A model generated the notes under the pieces. The model did no database searches. It was not told where the DNA came from and worked only from the letters and a program-made list of their open reading frames with translations. 64,000 nt of DNA, from NCBI GenBank assembly GCA_035221665.1, contig CM069140.1, forward strand, positions 74,090,001 to 74,154,000. The letters are read 5' to 3'. The position numbers were made by a program, and so were the translations under genes. This document shows, piece by piece, positions 26,713 to 39,291 of this stretch. This DNA comes from Okamejei kenojei (Eukaryota). Within the stretch, counting starts at the first letter, position 1. Each line of letters starts with the position of its first letter.

Positions 26713-27864
26713 CTGTTGCACAGAACAAAAAAATGTGTTATCCTCAAAATGGATGTGTACAGAACAGAAGAGTTCCATTCTGCCTACAGTACCATGCTCC
26801 CGACAGCACCTTCTGAGAAACATCCATTTTGACATGTAGGTTTTTCTCTTCTACGCAGCAGACTGCGCAAATATGAAAGAGCGGAGGACAGAATATCCAT
26901 GTTTCCACTGACAGATCCAACTAACATTCAACAAGAATGACGACCGACTATACTTCATGTCAACAGTGGAAGCTAAAGCAGTAACGTGAATTTCGCTGGA
27001 AATATGCTACTTATTCCAAAGTACTTTACAGAAGTTATAAAAGGTGGGAGATCGGAACTAACACTATTTGAAGTGGTGCGAATGACTGAAGAAATGGATA
27101 AAACTGGAAGAGGAGTAGATCAGTTGTTCCCACAAACCTGCAGCCCGCCATTCAGTAGGCTGATCCAATCCTGGCCTCAGCACGACATATCCTCACAGCA
27201 TCCCCTGTCTTGCCATCTTTCCCCTCACCTTAGTTGTCCTACCAGTTGCACTGTCGTCCTGTTGAGTTTCATTGTCTGTATAACTCGTTCCCACCTATCC
27301 CACCAGCCAACAATGGATCATTGTGGGCTCCACCTTTCCTTGCTCAGCTTTACTTTTTGCATATCTTTCATTCATTTGTTCCATATCTCTACATCACTAT
27401 CGAAGGGCCGAATGGCCTACTCCTGCGCGTATTGTCTATATCTCTCGTTTCCCTTTCCCCTGACTCTGTCTGAAGAAGGGTCTTGACCCGAAAGGTCACC
27501 TATTCCTTTTCTCCAGGCATGCTGCCTGACCCATCGAGTTACTCCAGCTTTTTGTGTCTATCTTCTTGTTCTCCCCGTGACCGCGTGGGTCTTCCTCGGC
27601 CACTCCAGTTTCCTCCCACACTTCAAAGACGTAATGCTTGTAGGTCAATTTGGATTCGATTAAAATTGTAAATTGTCCCTCGTGAGCAGGATAGTGCTAG
27701 TGTACAGGGATCGCTGGTCGAGGAGGACTCGGCGGGCCGAATGGCCTTTTTCTGCGCTACAACTCTAAACTAAGCTAAACGCTTAGAAATCTTACACTTT
27801 GCCAGTTCTACAGTGGGGAGAATACTGACTGATTGCATCAGTGATCGGAAAGCCCAGAAAGAAA

Positions 27865-28343
27865 AGGGCCTGTCCCACCAGCATGCGACTCCATGCGGCG
27901 AGCGCGACCAAACCGGCAGCGGGGGCCGCGCGGAGGTCAGGTGAGCGGCGCGACATGGCGCGAAGTTGGAGCGAAGTCCGCGGTAAGTTTGCAAGGACAG
28001 AGAGGGACACACACACAGAGGGGCATGGAGGCACACAGAGAGAGGGCCACGGAGGCACACACAGAGAGGGCCAGGGAGGCACATATAGAGAGGGTCACGG
28101 AGGCACGATGTCGAGGCGGTGCGTAATGCGTCGAGGCGGCTGCGGGCCGACAGGCCGTTGCCGCGCGGAATTTTTGAACACGGTCAGTTTTTCGGAGCCT
28201 CGCGCGATGTCGGGACCAGCCCCGCACAACTCCATACGACTCCGGCGATCGAAGTGGGACCGGCCCCGCGAGGCCGGACGGCTCAAGCAACCATGTTAGG
28301 TCGCGCTCACCGCATGGTGTCGCATGCTGGTGGGACAGGCCCT
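27865..28343. mobile_element. PIF/Harbinger MITE (type D) with an internal ~24-bp tandem repeat
   Basis: TIR AGGGCCTGTCCCACCAGCATGCGAC...GTCGCATGCTGGTGGGACAGGCCCT followed by TAA; repeats of gagagggccacggaggcacacaca at ~27995-28107. Confidence 0.85.
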
Positions 28344-29950
28344 TAAGGGATCTAGAGAGAGCATTGCCTAAAGAATGCAACTAAAATCAGACCCACACTA
28401 TCCTCTCATCTCACAGCTACCATCGGGAAGGTGACACAGGAGCTTAAGAACCTTTACAGGCAGGTTCAAGATCAACTTTATCCTCCTCCTCATCTCAGTC
28501 CTGAATGGCCTACCCCTTCTTAAACTGGCCCCTGGTTCTGGACACCCAAAATCAGGAAATGTTTACTGCACCCAGCCTGTCCAGTCTTATATGTTTCTGG
28601 TAAGATCCCCTCTTATCCTTCTAAATTCCACTGAATGCAAGCCCAGTCGATTCATTTTTTCCATCGTATGTCAGTCCCGCCATCCCGGGAATTAACCTTG
28701 TGAACCTACTCTGCACTCCCTCAATAGCAAGAATGCCCCTCCTCAAATTGGGAGACCAAAACTAAAACAATACTCCAGGTGCGGTCTCACCAGGGCCCTG
28801 TACAACTGCAGTAGGACCCCCTTGCTCCTAAACTCAAGTCCTCTTGCTATCATGTTCAACATGCCATTTGCTTTCTTCACTGCCTGCTGTATCTGCATGC
28901 TTACGTTCAGACACCACATGCAGCCACCACATACGGCGCTTGCAAAGTTACAAAGTGCCCCCCCCCCCCGCTGGCTCTTCCTTTGTTCTCCGCCACAGTG
29001 GTTCCCCCACACTGGGTTCTCCTTTGTTCTCTCCCCAACCCCCCCACCCCCCCACCGATGATCTCCCCCACGCCGGATCCTCCAAAGTTCATTGCTCCCC
29101 CTCTCTCCCATCCCTTATTAACCATCAGGTGCTTGAACCAGCCAGACAGAACCCTAACCACATTCCAATCTCAGCACCGCACTGCTGTGGACTTTGCACT
29201 GTGTACTTTAGCTTGCACTATCATGGAATAATTCTTGTATATTTATCTGTTGTACTGGTGTGTTTAATGTGCCTGTAAAACTGCTGCTAGAGTTCCATAG
29301 TTAATATCCACCAGGAACGGAACAATTGGGCACACGTGATCATTCCATCAGCTTTGCCAATCACTTGCTGTGCCTCGTGCTCACTTTTTGGTTTCATGCA
29401 CTGGGACTCATTCCTTCGTACTATATCATGTTGTCGTCACAGAGTGATACAGTGTGGAAACAGGTGCTTCGGCCCAACTTGCCCACACTGGCCAACGTGC
29501 CCCATCTACACTAGTACCACCCGCCTGCATTTGGCCCGTATCCCTCCAAACCTGTCCTGTACCTGTCTAAATGTCTCTTAAACGTTGTGCTAGTCCCTGC
29601 CTCAACTCCCTCCTCTTTGTACCCCTCAGGTTCCTATTAAATCCTTCCCCCCTCAGCTTAAACCAATGTCCTCTGGTTCTTGATTCCCCTACTCTGGGCA
29701 AGAGAATTGGGCGTTTACCCGATCTATTCCCTTCATGATTTTTCACATCTCATGAGAGTCTTTAGATAATTACTTGTATTTTCATTCTTTCTCCCAAAAT
29801 GGATAATCTCACATTTTCCCCACATTATATTCCATTTGCCTTCTTATAGCCCGACTCCATACCCTTCACAGACTTCCTCCTTGCTAATCCATCTACCTTT
29901 ATGTCATGGAGTAACTCAGCGGGCGAGGCAGCATCTCTGCAGAGAAGGAA

Positions 29951-29988
29951 TGGGCGACGTTTCGGGTCAAGACCCTTCTTCAGACCCA
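29951..29988 (-). ncRNA. Candidate minimal type I hammerhead ribozyme within a palindromic Penelope-tail element (29908-30092)
   Basis: Minus strand reads UGGGU-CUGAAGA-A-GGGUC-UU-GACCC-GAAA-CGUC-GCCCA. This gives the core CUGANGA/GAAA, a stem II, a palindromic ACGU in place of stem III, a GUC triplet and a 5-bp stem I. Confidence 0.55.
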
Positions 29989-30413
29989 AAACGTCGTCCA
30001 TTCCTTCTCTCCAGAGATGCTGCCTCACCCACTGAGTTACTCCAGCATTTTGCGTCTACCTTCGATATAAAACAGCATCTGCAGTTCTTTCTTATATACT
30101 TCTTATATCTTTATATCATCAATTCTGTCTGTCGGATACTTGGTCCCTTCATCCGAGTCATTAATGCAGCTTAAAAGCAATGGAGGTCCGAGAACTCAAC
30201 TACTTACTGAATGCTGATCCAAAAATATCCCATCTAGTTTCTGTTAATTAGCAGTGGCCCTATCCTTGCCAACAATATTATTCACTATCCTGTATGCGCA
30301 GTAACATCATATGTGGTAATTTATCCAATACCTTTTAGAAATTCAAATGCACAGCATCTAATGCTTCCCCTTTCTCCAGTCTATATGGTACATCCTCAGA
30401 GAACGTCAGAAAA

Positions 30414-30725
30414 CACGGCATCACAGTGACATAGCGATGGAGTCGCTGCCTCACAGCGCCAGAGACCTAGGCTCGATCCTAACTACGGGTGCTGTCTGCA
30501 CAGGGTTTGTACATTCTCCCTGTGACCGTGTGGGTTTGCTCTGGGTGCTCCAGATTCCTCCTACACTCCAAAGACGTACAAGTTTGTAGGGGCATTGGCT
30601 TTGGTAAAATTGTAAATTGTCCCTAGTATGCAGGATAGTGTCGGTGCCTGGGGTGATCGCTGGTCGCCCATGTCTCGGTGGGCCGAAGGGCCTGTTTCCG
30701 TGCTGTATCTCGAAGGTCTAAAATG
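30414..30725 (+). mobile_element. tRNA-derived V-SINE (HE1-like), one of ~18 copies or fragments in the window
   Basis: tRNA-like head (B box ggctcgatcc), V-domain tttgtacattctccctgtgacc...cactccaaagacgt, CR1-like tail gggccgaagggcctgtttcc. Confidence 0.8.
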
Positions 30726-31407
30726 TAAACATCCGTAGAGAACATAATTGTCAATCAATATTTCCCTTTCATGCTGCCCCACCCTGCCTAATGATCTTCC
30801 AAATGTATTGGCATTACCTCCTTAATAATAGATTCCAGCATTTTCACAGTGACATGTATGAGGTTAACTGGCCTAAAGTCTTCAACCATGTATCTCCCTC
30901 CTTTCTTGAATCGAGGAATTATACGTGAAGTTTTTGAACAGATCTTGGACATCTGTGGAATCCTAGGAATCCTAATTAATTACAACACATCCACTATCTT
31001 AAAAAAAACTGACACAAACTGCTGGAGTAACTCAACAGGTCAGGCCACTCCGCATCCCTGAGGAACATGGATAGGTAACGTTTTGGGACATAACCTTTTT
31101 TCACACTATCTTTGCAACCACTTCCCCCAAGAACCTACGATACAGATCATCAGGTCCAAGTGACCTTCAAATATTCAACCTTCAATCTCATTTGTTTGCC
31201 TGAAAGCCTTTTTTACTCGATTGATAATTTAAATTCTTTCCTCCATATATCCCATTAGCTATTGTTATTGGCATTTCTTTGTGCCTTTTTACTGTGAAAG
31301 TTCTATTCTGAAGGCTGATCCAAAGTAACTATTCAATCTCTGTGATGTCTCTATTCCCCATTATCAATTGGACAGCACAATGTTGTAAGGGGTGAGCTGC
31401 TGCCTTA

Positions 31408-31741
31408 AGGGCCTGTCCCACTTACGCGACCTTTACAGGCGACTGCCAGCACACGTCACAGGTCTAGGAAATTTTCAACATGTTGAAAACTCAGCGGCGA
31501 CCAGAACGACGCTACAACTCTTTGGAGACCTCTCACGACCATAGGCTGTATGGCCGCGAGAGGTCTCCTATGGTCGTGAGAGGTCACCCGCCTCATGTAG
31601 CCAGGGGTCGCCTGTTTGGTGGTGAGAGGTCTCCTATGGTTGTGAGAGGTCTCCAAAGAGTCGTAACATGTCGAAAATTTTGGCGACCTATGACGGGTGC
31701 CGGCAGTCGCCTGTAAAGGTCGTGTAAGTGGGACAGGCCCT
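31408..31741. mobile_element. PIF/Harbinger MITE (type B-related) inserted in a SINE head
   Basis: TIR AGGGCCTGTCCCACTTAC...GTAAGTGGGACAGGCCCT. It splits the SINE at gctgcc-TTA|TAA-cagcgccagagacc. Confidence 0.9.
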
Positions 31742-32149
31742 TAACAGCGCCAGAGACCCGGGTTTGATGTGTGCTGTCAGTATGGAGTTTGTACATTCTC
31801 CCTGTGACCTCGTGGGTTTTCTCCGGGTGCTCCGATTTCCTGCCACGTTCCAAAGATGTGCAGGTTTGTAGGTAAATTGGCTTCTGTAAGTTGTTGTTAG
31901 TGTGTACCATAGAACTGGTGTACAGGTGATTGTTGGTCAGCGCTGTATCTCAAAACTAAACTAAATTGTTCAGCCTCAACCTTTATCTTCTCGCATTTAA
32001 AAAAAATCTTGTTGACTTGCAACTCAGTGCTTTTATACCTTCTTGATATTTTTAATTCCGCAAATTAAGAAATAATAATCTTTATCACAAAAGTTCCAAC
32101 AGTCTCAAAGAAAAAAAACTCGCTAGCCAAGACTAGAATGCCTTCCTTA

Positions 32150-32464
32150 AGGGCTGTCCCACTGTACAAGGAAATTTAAGAGCTCGCCCGAGTTTAAAAA
32201 AAAATCAAACTCGTGGTAAGCACGCAGAATGTATGTAGCGGGTACGTCGGAGCTCGGGACGTCGCTTAGCGACTCTTAACGCTAACGGCAGGTACTCGGG
32301 AAACTCGGTAAGCTCGTGAAGACTCGTGAAGATTTTTCAAAAAGTTGAAAATGCCCATGAGAGCCCCGAGTACCTACGAGCGGCCATTACCGTAATTCTC
32401 CGAGTTCGAATCAGGAGAAACTCGGGAGAACTCTTGAAATACCTTGTACAGTGGGACAGGCACT
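32150..32464. mobile_element. PIF/Harbinger MITE (type C)
   Basis: TIR AGGGCTGTCCCACTGTACAAGG...CCTTGTACAGTGGGACAGGCACT with TTA on both sides; interior homologous to 15060-15377. Confidence 0.85.
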
Positions 32465-33421
32465 TTAGAAAGTAGACCCTGCCTCAGACAAAGCAGCATT
32501 TCGAAAAAGTAGCGATTGTCCATAATTTACCCAATGGCATGTATGTTAAACAATTTTGTTTCACCTCGATCCAAGATACTAACTCTGAAGACAGTGGCTC
32601 CTTTCTATACTACAATTACCAATGACTCTTCATGACCTCACTAAGCTAACTATGACTCATATGTGGATTGGAGATGTTAAATTCCTGAACTGGTAATTAT
32701 CGAAGATCAACTAACTTTCATTTGTTAACATATCCTTTGCAAGAGGCTCAGCGGAATGCATTTGGCCAATACTTTTCTTCTCATGGTGTCATTTGTACCA
32801 CTCTTGCGTCAGGAAGTAGATTCAGATCCCACTACAGAGACAGTATTGCAGGATCAGTTTTTCAGATGAAATCGTAAAGGTCTTTTAAACTCGGTTTAGT
32901 TAAGTTTGGGTGGGGGGATACAAGGCAGAAACCGGCCCTTCCGCCCACCGAGTCCATGCCGACCCGCACATTAACACTGTTCTACACACACTAGGGACAA
33001 TTTACAATTATCTCAAGCAGGACACGGGGAGAACATACAAACTGTAGACAGCACACGTAGTCATTTTCAAACCCGGGACTCTGGCGCTGTGCCACCATGC
33101 CGTCCGATTAATGTGGTCGCTCTCCACAACTCTTTTAAAGCTAATAGAACTGTGGGCACTGGTCCCAGAAGGCTCACCCAAGTACACCTCAGTCACATGC
33201 CTTGCGAGGATATACTGCTATACCTTCAAATAGGTATGTCTTGATCACTGGCTATAGGGAAACGGGTGATAATTAGAGCCAGGATTTTGCCATAAATGCC
33301 ATGTGCCTTTTCGATAATTTCAGGAAGATAACGCCTTTTCAACGATTGAGCGCCTGCCTAAATCTGCCTTTTTAACGTAACTTAACGTACAAGAAAATTT
33401 ATACCACCGGGGCGAAACCCG

Positions 33422-33715
33422 GCTGTAAGTGGGTGTTAAGTGGTGATTGGAGAGGGGTGCGTGGGAAAGGGTCCAGTCTTTTCAAACTGGAGTCAAGCTG
33501 TGAGTAGGTGTGAAGTGGTGATCGGAGAGGGGTGCGTGGGAAAGGGTCCGGTCTTTGCAGACTAGAGTCATGCTTTAAGTAGGTGTGATGTGGTGATTGG
33601 GGGGGGGGGGGGGGGGGGGGGGGGAGAGAGTAGGTGGGGAAGGGTCCAGTCTTTTCAAACTGGAGTTAAGCTGGAGTTAGGGTGTGAAGTGTTGGTTGGG
33701 GATGGGGTGTGGGGG
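33422..33715 (+). repeat. 75-bp tandem repeat, ~3.6 copies
   Basis: Units start at 33422, 33497 and 33572 (gctgtaagtgggtg...gggtccagtcttttcaaactggagtcaa); the third unit has a poly-G expansion. Confidence 0.85.
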
Positions 33716-33769
33716 TACCAGGGTTAAGTTTCTGTTTATCGAACCTGCAGTAGAACTCGTTCAGGTCGT

Positions 33770-33975
33770 TGGTCAGCTGACGATTGTCTAAGGAGCGGGG
33801 GGGTTTTCCTCGTAGCTTGTGATTTCTTGCAACCCCTTCCACACTGAAGAGTCATTTGCTGAGAACTTGCCTCTCAACTTCTCAGAGTACCTTTCCTTGG
33901 CAGCTCTGATTCCTCTTCTCAGCTTGTACTTGGCCTGCCTGTAGAGGTCTGCATGCCCGCTCCTGTAGGATCTAC
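33770..33975 (-). mobile_element. Rex/Babar-like LINE ORF fragment
   Basis: YRSGHADLYRQAKYKLRRGIRAAKERYSEKL...DSSVWKGLQEITSY is typical of the region upstream of the RT domain. Confidence 0.65.
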
Positions 33976-33990
33976 CCCCGCAAGACAAGT

Positions 33991-34680
33991 CAACGTCTTG
34001 TGAAAAACGAAACGGTTTGGTGAGAGTGTACGGGAGTGATATATTCTCTACAGACAACTGTGTGCTGTTTTGCAAAGCATGTGAGAAAGCAGTGAATCAC
34101 GAGAAGAAATACTTTATCTCCCAGCATGTACAGACAGCTAAACACAAGTCTGCGGCAGAGAAACTGAAGATAGGAAATACGCAAGCTTGTCTCCTCACTA
34201 CATTTACTGCTGGCTCCAGTCGCACATCTGAGTTTTCGAATGGTCTGTGCAAAGCATTCATTGATGCTGGAATTCCACTGTGGAAATTGGAAAACAAATC
34301 TCTCGAGTTTTTATTAAGGAAATACACAGAGGAACATATACCAAGCGAGTCATCATTACAGAAAAATGATGTTGACAGCAACTTAAACATTGTTGCGCAA
34401 TAAATTTGAGATGAAGTTGCATGCAACAAAATATGGACAACCATATATGTTGCCAATGTGGTCATCGGTAAACTGGAGGCAGGTCAACCATCAAAGGAGT
34501 ATTTCTTGACATTGGAAGTATTGGAGAAGTCAAAGAGCTCAACTATTGTTCAGTTGTTTGTTTACATCTTCACTTACTGTACTTTGTACTTAATGCTCAT
34601 GGCGATGTAGGTAAAGACATACAAGGAAAATCAGAGAGGGTGATTTTAGCTAACAAAGATCTTGAAGAAATACAGTCTCC
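33991..34680 (+). pseudogene. Decayed CGGBP1-like hAT transposase
   Basis: Zinc finger LFCKACEK...ISQHVQTAKH and DAGIPLWKLEN...YTEEHIPSESSLQK. After a stop and a deletion it continues YVANVVIGKLE...FLTLEVLEKSKSSTIVQLF. A putative element end TAGAGCCAGGATTT lies at 33274. Confidence 0.75.
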
Positions 34681-35979
34681 AGTGAATCCAACACTGTCCC
34701 TAATGCTATTTAATTGACCAATATAAACAAAGGCTAGAAACACCTCATCTCACAGTGGTATTAGAATTATTTTTGCAGCTTATTACTGATTTTATTGCCT
34801 AATCAATCAACCTTTATATGACAAATAATTCAATTTGTTTCATTTTACAGGATGCAGACTAGTCATGATTACCTACAACCAAGGTAACATTTGGTTAAAA
34901 CACTGCATCACTGTAGAGGTTTTAGTTTTAGAGATACAGCGCGGAAACAGGACCTTCGGCCCACCGAGACCGCACCGACCAGCGATCCCCGCACACTAAC
35001 ACTATTCCACACACATTAGGGACAATCTACAATTAGACAAAGCCAATTAACCTACAAACCTGTACGTCTTTGGAGTGTGGGAGCAAACCAGAGATCCCGG
35101 AGAAAACCCACACTGGTCATGGGGAGAACGTACAAACTCTGTAGAAACAGCACCCGTAGTGAGGCAGCAATTCTACCGCTACTCCACCGTGCCGCCCTTT
35201 GGGTTAGTGCAATGGAAACTTGTATCTTAAATGAATGAACATTACTGAAAGTATTACTGCTGTTGTACCTATTATGGAACAATTTGGCAAAAGGAATAAC
35301 CAGTGAATATAAGATTGCTTCCGCAGCCAAAGTGTATTCTAGCCAAGAGGGTTAAAACAACCTCAAGTAAATAGCCTGACACGCCAGAATGTAGTATAAT
35401 TACAGTCCTTGGTGATGCAAATTCTACAATGTTTGCAGACAAATGAGTGCCATTTGCAAAACTCGAATTTCTTTGTACAAAGTGGGGGACGCCGGTTTCT
35501 TCTTCTTCGGAGGTCCCTGGAGATCAAGGATGACATCCATTCCCATTCCATGTGGTACATTATGACTAGCAAGGCCAATGTAGGACCAGAGGTTTTCCCT
35601 GTAGTTGGGCCAGGAGCTGGGTAGTTTGGGAGGTGGGGCCCTGTAGCTGCCCTTTGTACCCGATTGTTAAGTGATCCTAAAGCATGGGTTCTAGACTGTC
35701 AATGCGATCGGGCTTCTTCCTCCCCACTGAAGGGGTGTAGGCATGGGACTGCCAGAGATTTGGGGGAGTGGGGGAAAGAATATTGCATTTTCTCAAGGCT
35801 TCAGTTTAGTTTAGAGAAACAGCGCGGAAACAGGCCCTTCAGCCCACCGAGTAAGCGCCGACCAGCAATCCCCGCACATTAACATTATCCTACACACACT
35901 AGGGACACTTTACACTTTATACCGAGCCAATTAATCTACAAATCTGCACGTCTTTAGAGTGTGGGTGAAAACCAAAGAT

Positions 35980-36726
35980 AACCATATAACAATTACAGCA
36001 CGGAAACAGGCCCTCTCGGCCCTTCCAGTCCGTGCCGACCATTTGTTTTCCCCTAGTCCCATCTAGCTGCACTCAGACCATACCCCTCCATTCCCTTCAC
36101 GTCCATATACCTATCCACTTTACTTTTAAATGTTAAAATCGATCCTGCCTCCACCACTTCTGCTGGAAGCTCATTCCACACAGCCACCACCCTCTGAGTA
36201 AAGAAGTTCCCCCTCACGTTACCCCTAAACTTCTGTCCCTTAATTCTCATGTCATGCCCTCTTGTTTGAATCTTCCCTACCCTCAATGGGAAAAACGTAT
36301 CCACGTCAACTCTGTATATCCCTTTCATCATTTTAAAGACCTCAATCAAGTCCCCCCTTAACCTTCTGCGCTCCAAAGAATAAAGACCTAACTTGTTCAA
36401 CCTTTCTCTGTAACATAGTTGCTGGAACCCTGGCAACATTCTAGTAAATCTCCTCTGTACTCTCTCTATTTTGTTGACATCCTTCCTATAACTAGGCGAC
36501 CAAAATTGTACACCATACTCCAGAATTGGTCTTACCAATGCCTTGTACAATTTTAACATTACTTCCCTACTCCTATATTCAATGCTCTGATTTATAAAGG
36601 CCAGCACACCAAAGGCTTTCTTTACCACCCTATCTACATGCGATTCCACCTTCAGGGAACTATGCACGGTTATTCCTAGATCCCTCTGTTCCACAGCATT
36701 CCTCAATTCCCTACTATTTACCATGT
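35980..36726 (-). mobile_element. Young 5'-truncated CR1 (HER1-like) LINE inserted into a SINE
   Basis: Open RT C-terminus EQRDLGITV...LYKALVRPILEYGVQFWSP...LERRRLRGDLIEVFK...FFTQRVVAVWNELP, with a (ggttatat)n tail. The SINE is split, with agat repeated at both junctions. Confidence 0.92.
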
Positions 36727-36870
36727 AGATCTCAGAGAAAACCCACGCGGTAACGGGGAGAACGTACAAACTCCGTACAGACAGCACTCGTAGTCGGGAT
36801 TGAACCCGGGTCTCCGGCGCTGCATTCGCTGTGTAGCCACTGTTGATCGAGTGGGTCCCTGCATATTGTA

Positions 36871-37534
36871 TATTATTACCCATATCACCCATCTGAGGTA
36901 TGCTTTTACGAAATTGTATTCCCTTCCTTTTTACTGCCAGCAGGGGTAACAGGGGAATATTTTCTTATATTCCCCTTTCTAGCGAACGCCTATGGACTTT
37001 ACCTGTTTAAACAGCGGGGAATATAGTCTTATATTCCCCTGGTCTCACATCCGGGAACTTGGCAACGTGACGCTGCGTGACGGCAACGTGACGCTGCGTG
37101 CGAAATTTAAAATTTATTCTCAAAACAAACAAAATGGCAGCCGGTTGCAAGAAGAGGTTCGCGATTTAAAAGTTCGACCTTCACATTGTCACATAAATGA
37201 ATTACATAAATTACATAAATGAAACATAAATGTTACATTGTTTTAGTACCCTTATTTACAATGTTGGAATGGTTTTAGTACCCTTATTTACAATGTTGCA
37301 ATGCATATTGCAAAATGTATAGATACATTCATATCATATGAGATGTTCAGATTTTCCTCTAGATGTCTGATAATGGGTAATAATAACAATATTGACTGTC
37401 CTCTTTCGGGAGATACAACATATATTGCCCTCACTAGATCCATATTGCCCTCGTCTTCGACTCGGGCAATATGAATCTACTTCAGGCAATATATGTCGTA
37501 TCCCCCTCAAGGCCAGTCAATATTCTATTATTAT
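36871..37534. mobile_element. Crypton-like non-autonomous hairpin element, copy 2
   Basis: Same architecture as 20852-21260 plus an apical stem CATATTGCCC-TCGTCTTCGA-CTC-GGGCAATATG (37441-37473). Confidence 0.55.
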
Positions 37535-37599
37535 CCGCTGGTGACTGAGAAGGTACAAACTCCATACAGATGGCACCGTAGGACAGAAACATTGATATA

Positions 37600-37870
37600 G
37601 GAAATGGGAAGAGGAGTGGGAATGGTTAGCGACCAGGAGATCCAGCAGATCTCGGCTGCTGGAGTCCCTGGAAGGATGCAAGAGAGGAGGTGGAGGGACC
37701 AGAGTTGCATCTCCAGTGATTGCAAGGAAAAGTGCCTGAGGAAAAGACGGGGTGGTGTGTGGGAAGGGACAAGAGGACCAAGGAGTTGCAGAGGTTGTGA
37801 TCTCTACGGAAAGCGAAAGGGGTGGAGGCAGGAAGATGGGGTCGCCTTGAAGGTGGTGGAGGCAATGTTG
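37600..37870 (-). mobile_element. Penelope-like ORF fragment
   Basis: PFAFRRDHNLCNSLV...GTFPCNHWRCN, the linker/CCHH region preceding GIY-YIG. Confidence 0.6.
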
Positions 37871-38679
37871 CCATTTCTCCCCTCCCTGCCACCCATCCCT
37901 CCAAATGCTGCTCGACCAGTTGACTCCCTCCGGCGCATGCTTTTGTCGCATCCTCCTTTCTTTCTTTTAAAATCTTTTAATTCGTTTTTTTTCAAAAGCA
38001 AAAACAAAAGAACAAAAAAGTAATGATATACATAACGATGGTATTGATACATAGGGATCAGGGTTACATTAATGGCAGGTACAACCTAAATATGAGTCCA
38101 GTGTCAAAATACACATTGAATATAGATCTCCCGGTCTCTATGTAAATATAGTTAAGTGTTTAAAAGAGAACTTGTATGTACAAAAACAAAATGATAAAAA
38201 AAAGAGAATAAAAGAGAGAAAAAAAACCTAAACTAAAGAAAATGGGGGGAAAAAAAAAAGCAAAAACAAAATCTGGGCTGCAAAGAGTTCCAACAATTTA
38301 AGTCCTTGTTTGTCGTCACCGTTCCAACGTATACCAGTAAAAAACATTATTATAACAGTTGGAGAGGGGACAGTGTATGTCGTATGAAAATGTTGAATAA
38401 ATCTTCCCTATCAAATTTAATCAAGAGTTCAACAATGTCACTCCAATGTTGCATCTAAAAACAACAGGTCCACAACCAAAATATTAAAGCTTGACAATTT
38501 GTAGTACACAACAAATTTATGCAGTATCTATAACTTAGCACAATATTTCATGAGAAAATATGGCACATGAGCAAGCAGGGAGAAGAGGGTATATAGGCCA
38601 TATGCATGTGGATGGGATAGATCTAAATTGGCATCATGGTCAGTACTGACATTGTGGGCCAAACGGCTTGTTTACTTTC

Positions 38680-38968
38680 GAGAGATAGCGCAGAAACAGG
38701 CCCTTCGGCCCAACGAGTCCGCACCGACCAGCGATCCCCGCACATAAACACTATCCCACAGAGGGGACAACTTTTACTTTTAAACCAAGCCAATTAACCT
38801 ACAAACATGTACGTCTTTGGAGGAAACTGAAAATCTCAGAGAAAACCCACGCGGTGATGGAGAGAACGTACAAACTCCCATCCAGACAGCACCCGTAGTC
38901 AGGATTGAACCTGGGTATCTGGCGCAGTAGGCGCTGTAAGGCAGCAACTCTACCGCTGCGCCACCGTT
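38680..38968 (-). mobile_element. tRNA-derived V-SINE (HE1-like)
   Basis: Minus-strand head acggtggcgcagcggtagagttgctgcc, V-domain and CR1-like tail. Confidence 0.8.
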
Positions 38969-39291
38969 CCTGCGCTGTATTGCTCAATGCTCTGTGGCAT
39001 TTATCCTCATGAGGAGATAACAGCAACATGTCGGTGCAGAAATGATATAACCTATATGCAAAGGATAGGACGGAACTGCAGATGCTGGTTTTCACCGAAG
39101 ATAGACACAAAATGCTGGAGTAACTCAGCAGGTCAAGCCGCAACTTTGGAGACAAGGAATAGGTGACCTTTCAGGACGAGAAGAAGAGTCTCAACCAGAA
39201 ACATCACATATTATTTTTCTCCAGAGTTGCTGCCTGACCCTCTGCCTCCAGCATTTTGTGTTTACATTTAAAGGAGCCTTTTAAAGGAACA

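Noticed and set aside
36053-36892. 279-aa ORF as a host gene
   Set aside because: Chimeric frame running from a hairpin element through a SINE into the CR1 RT C-terminus.
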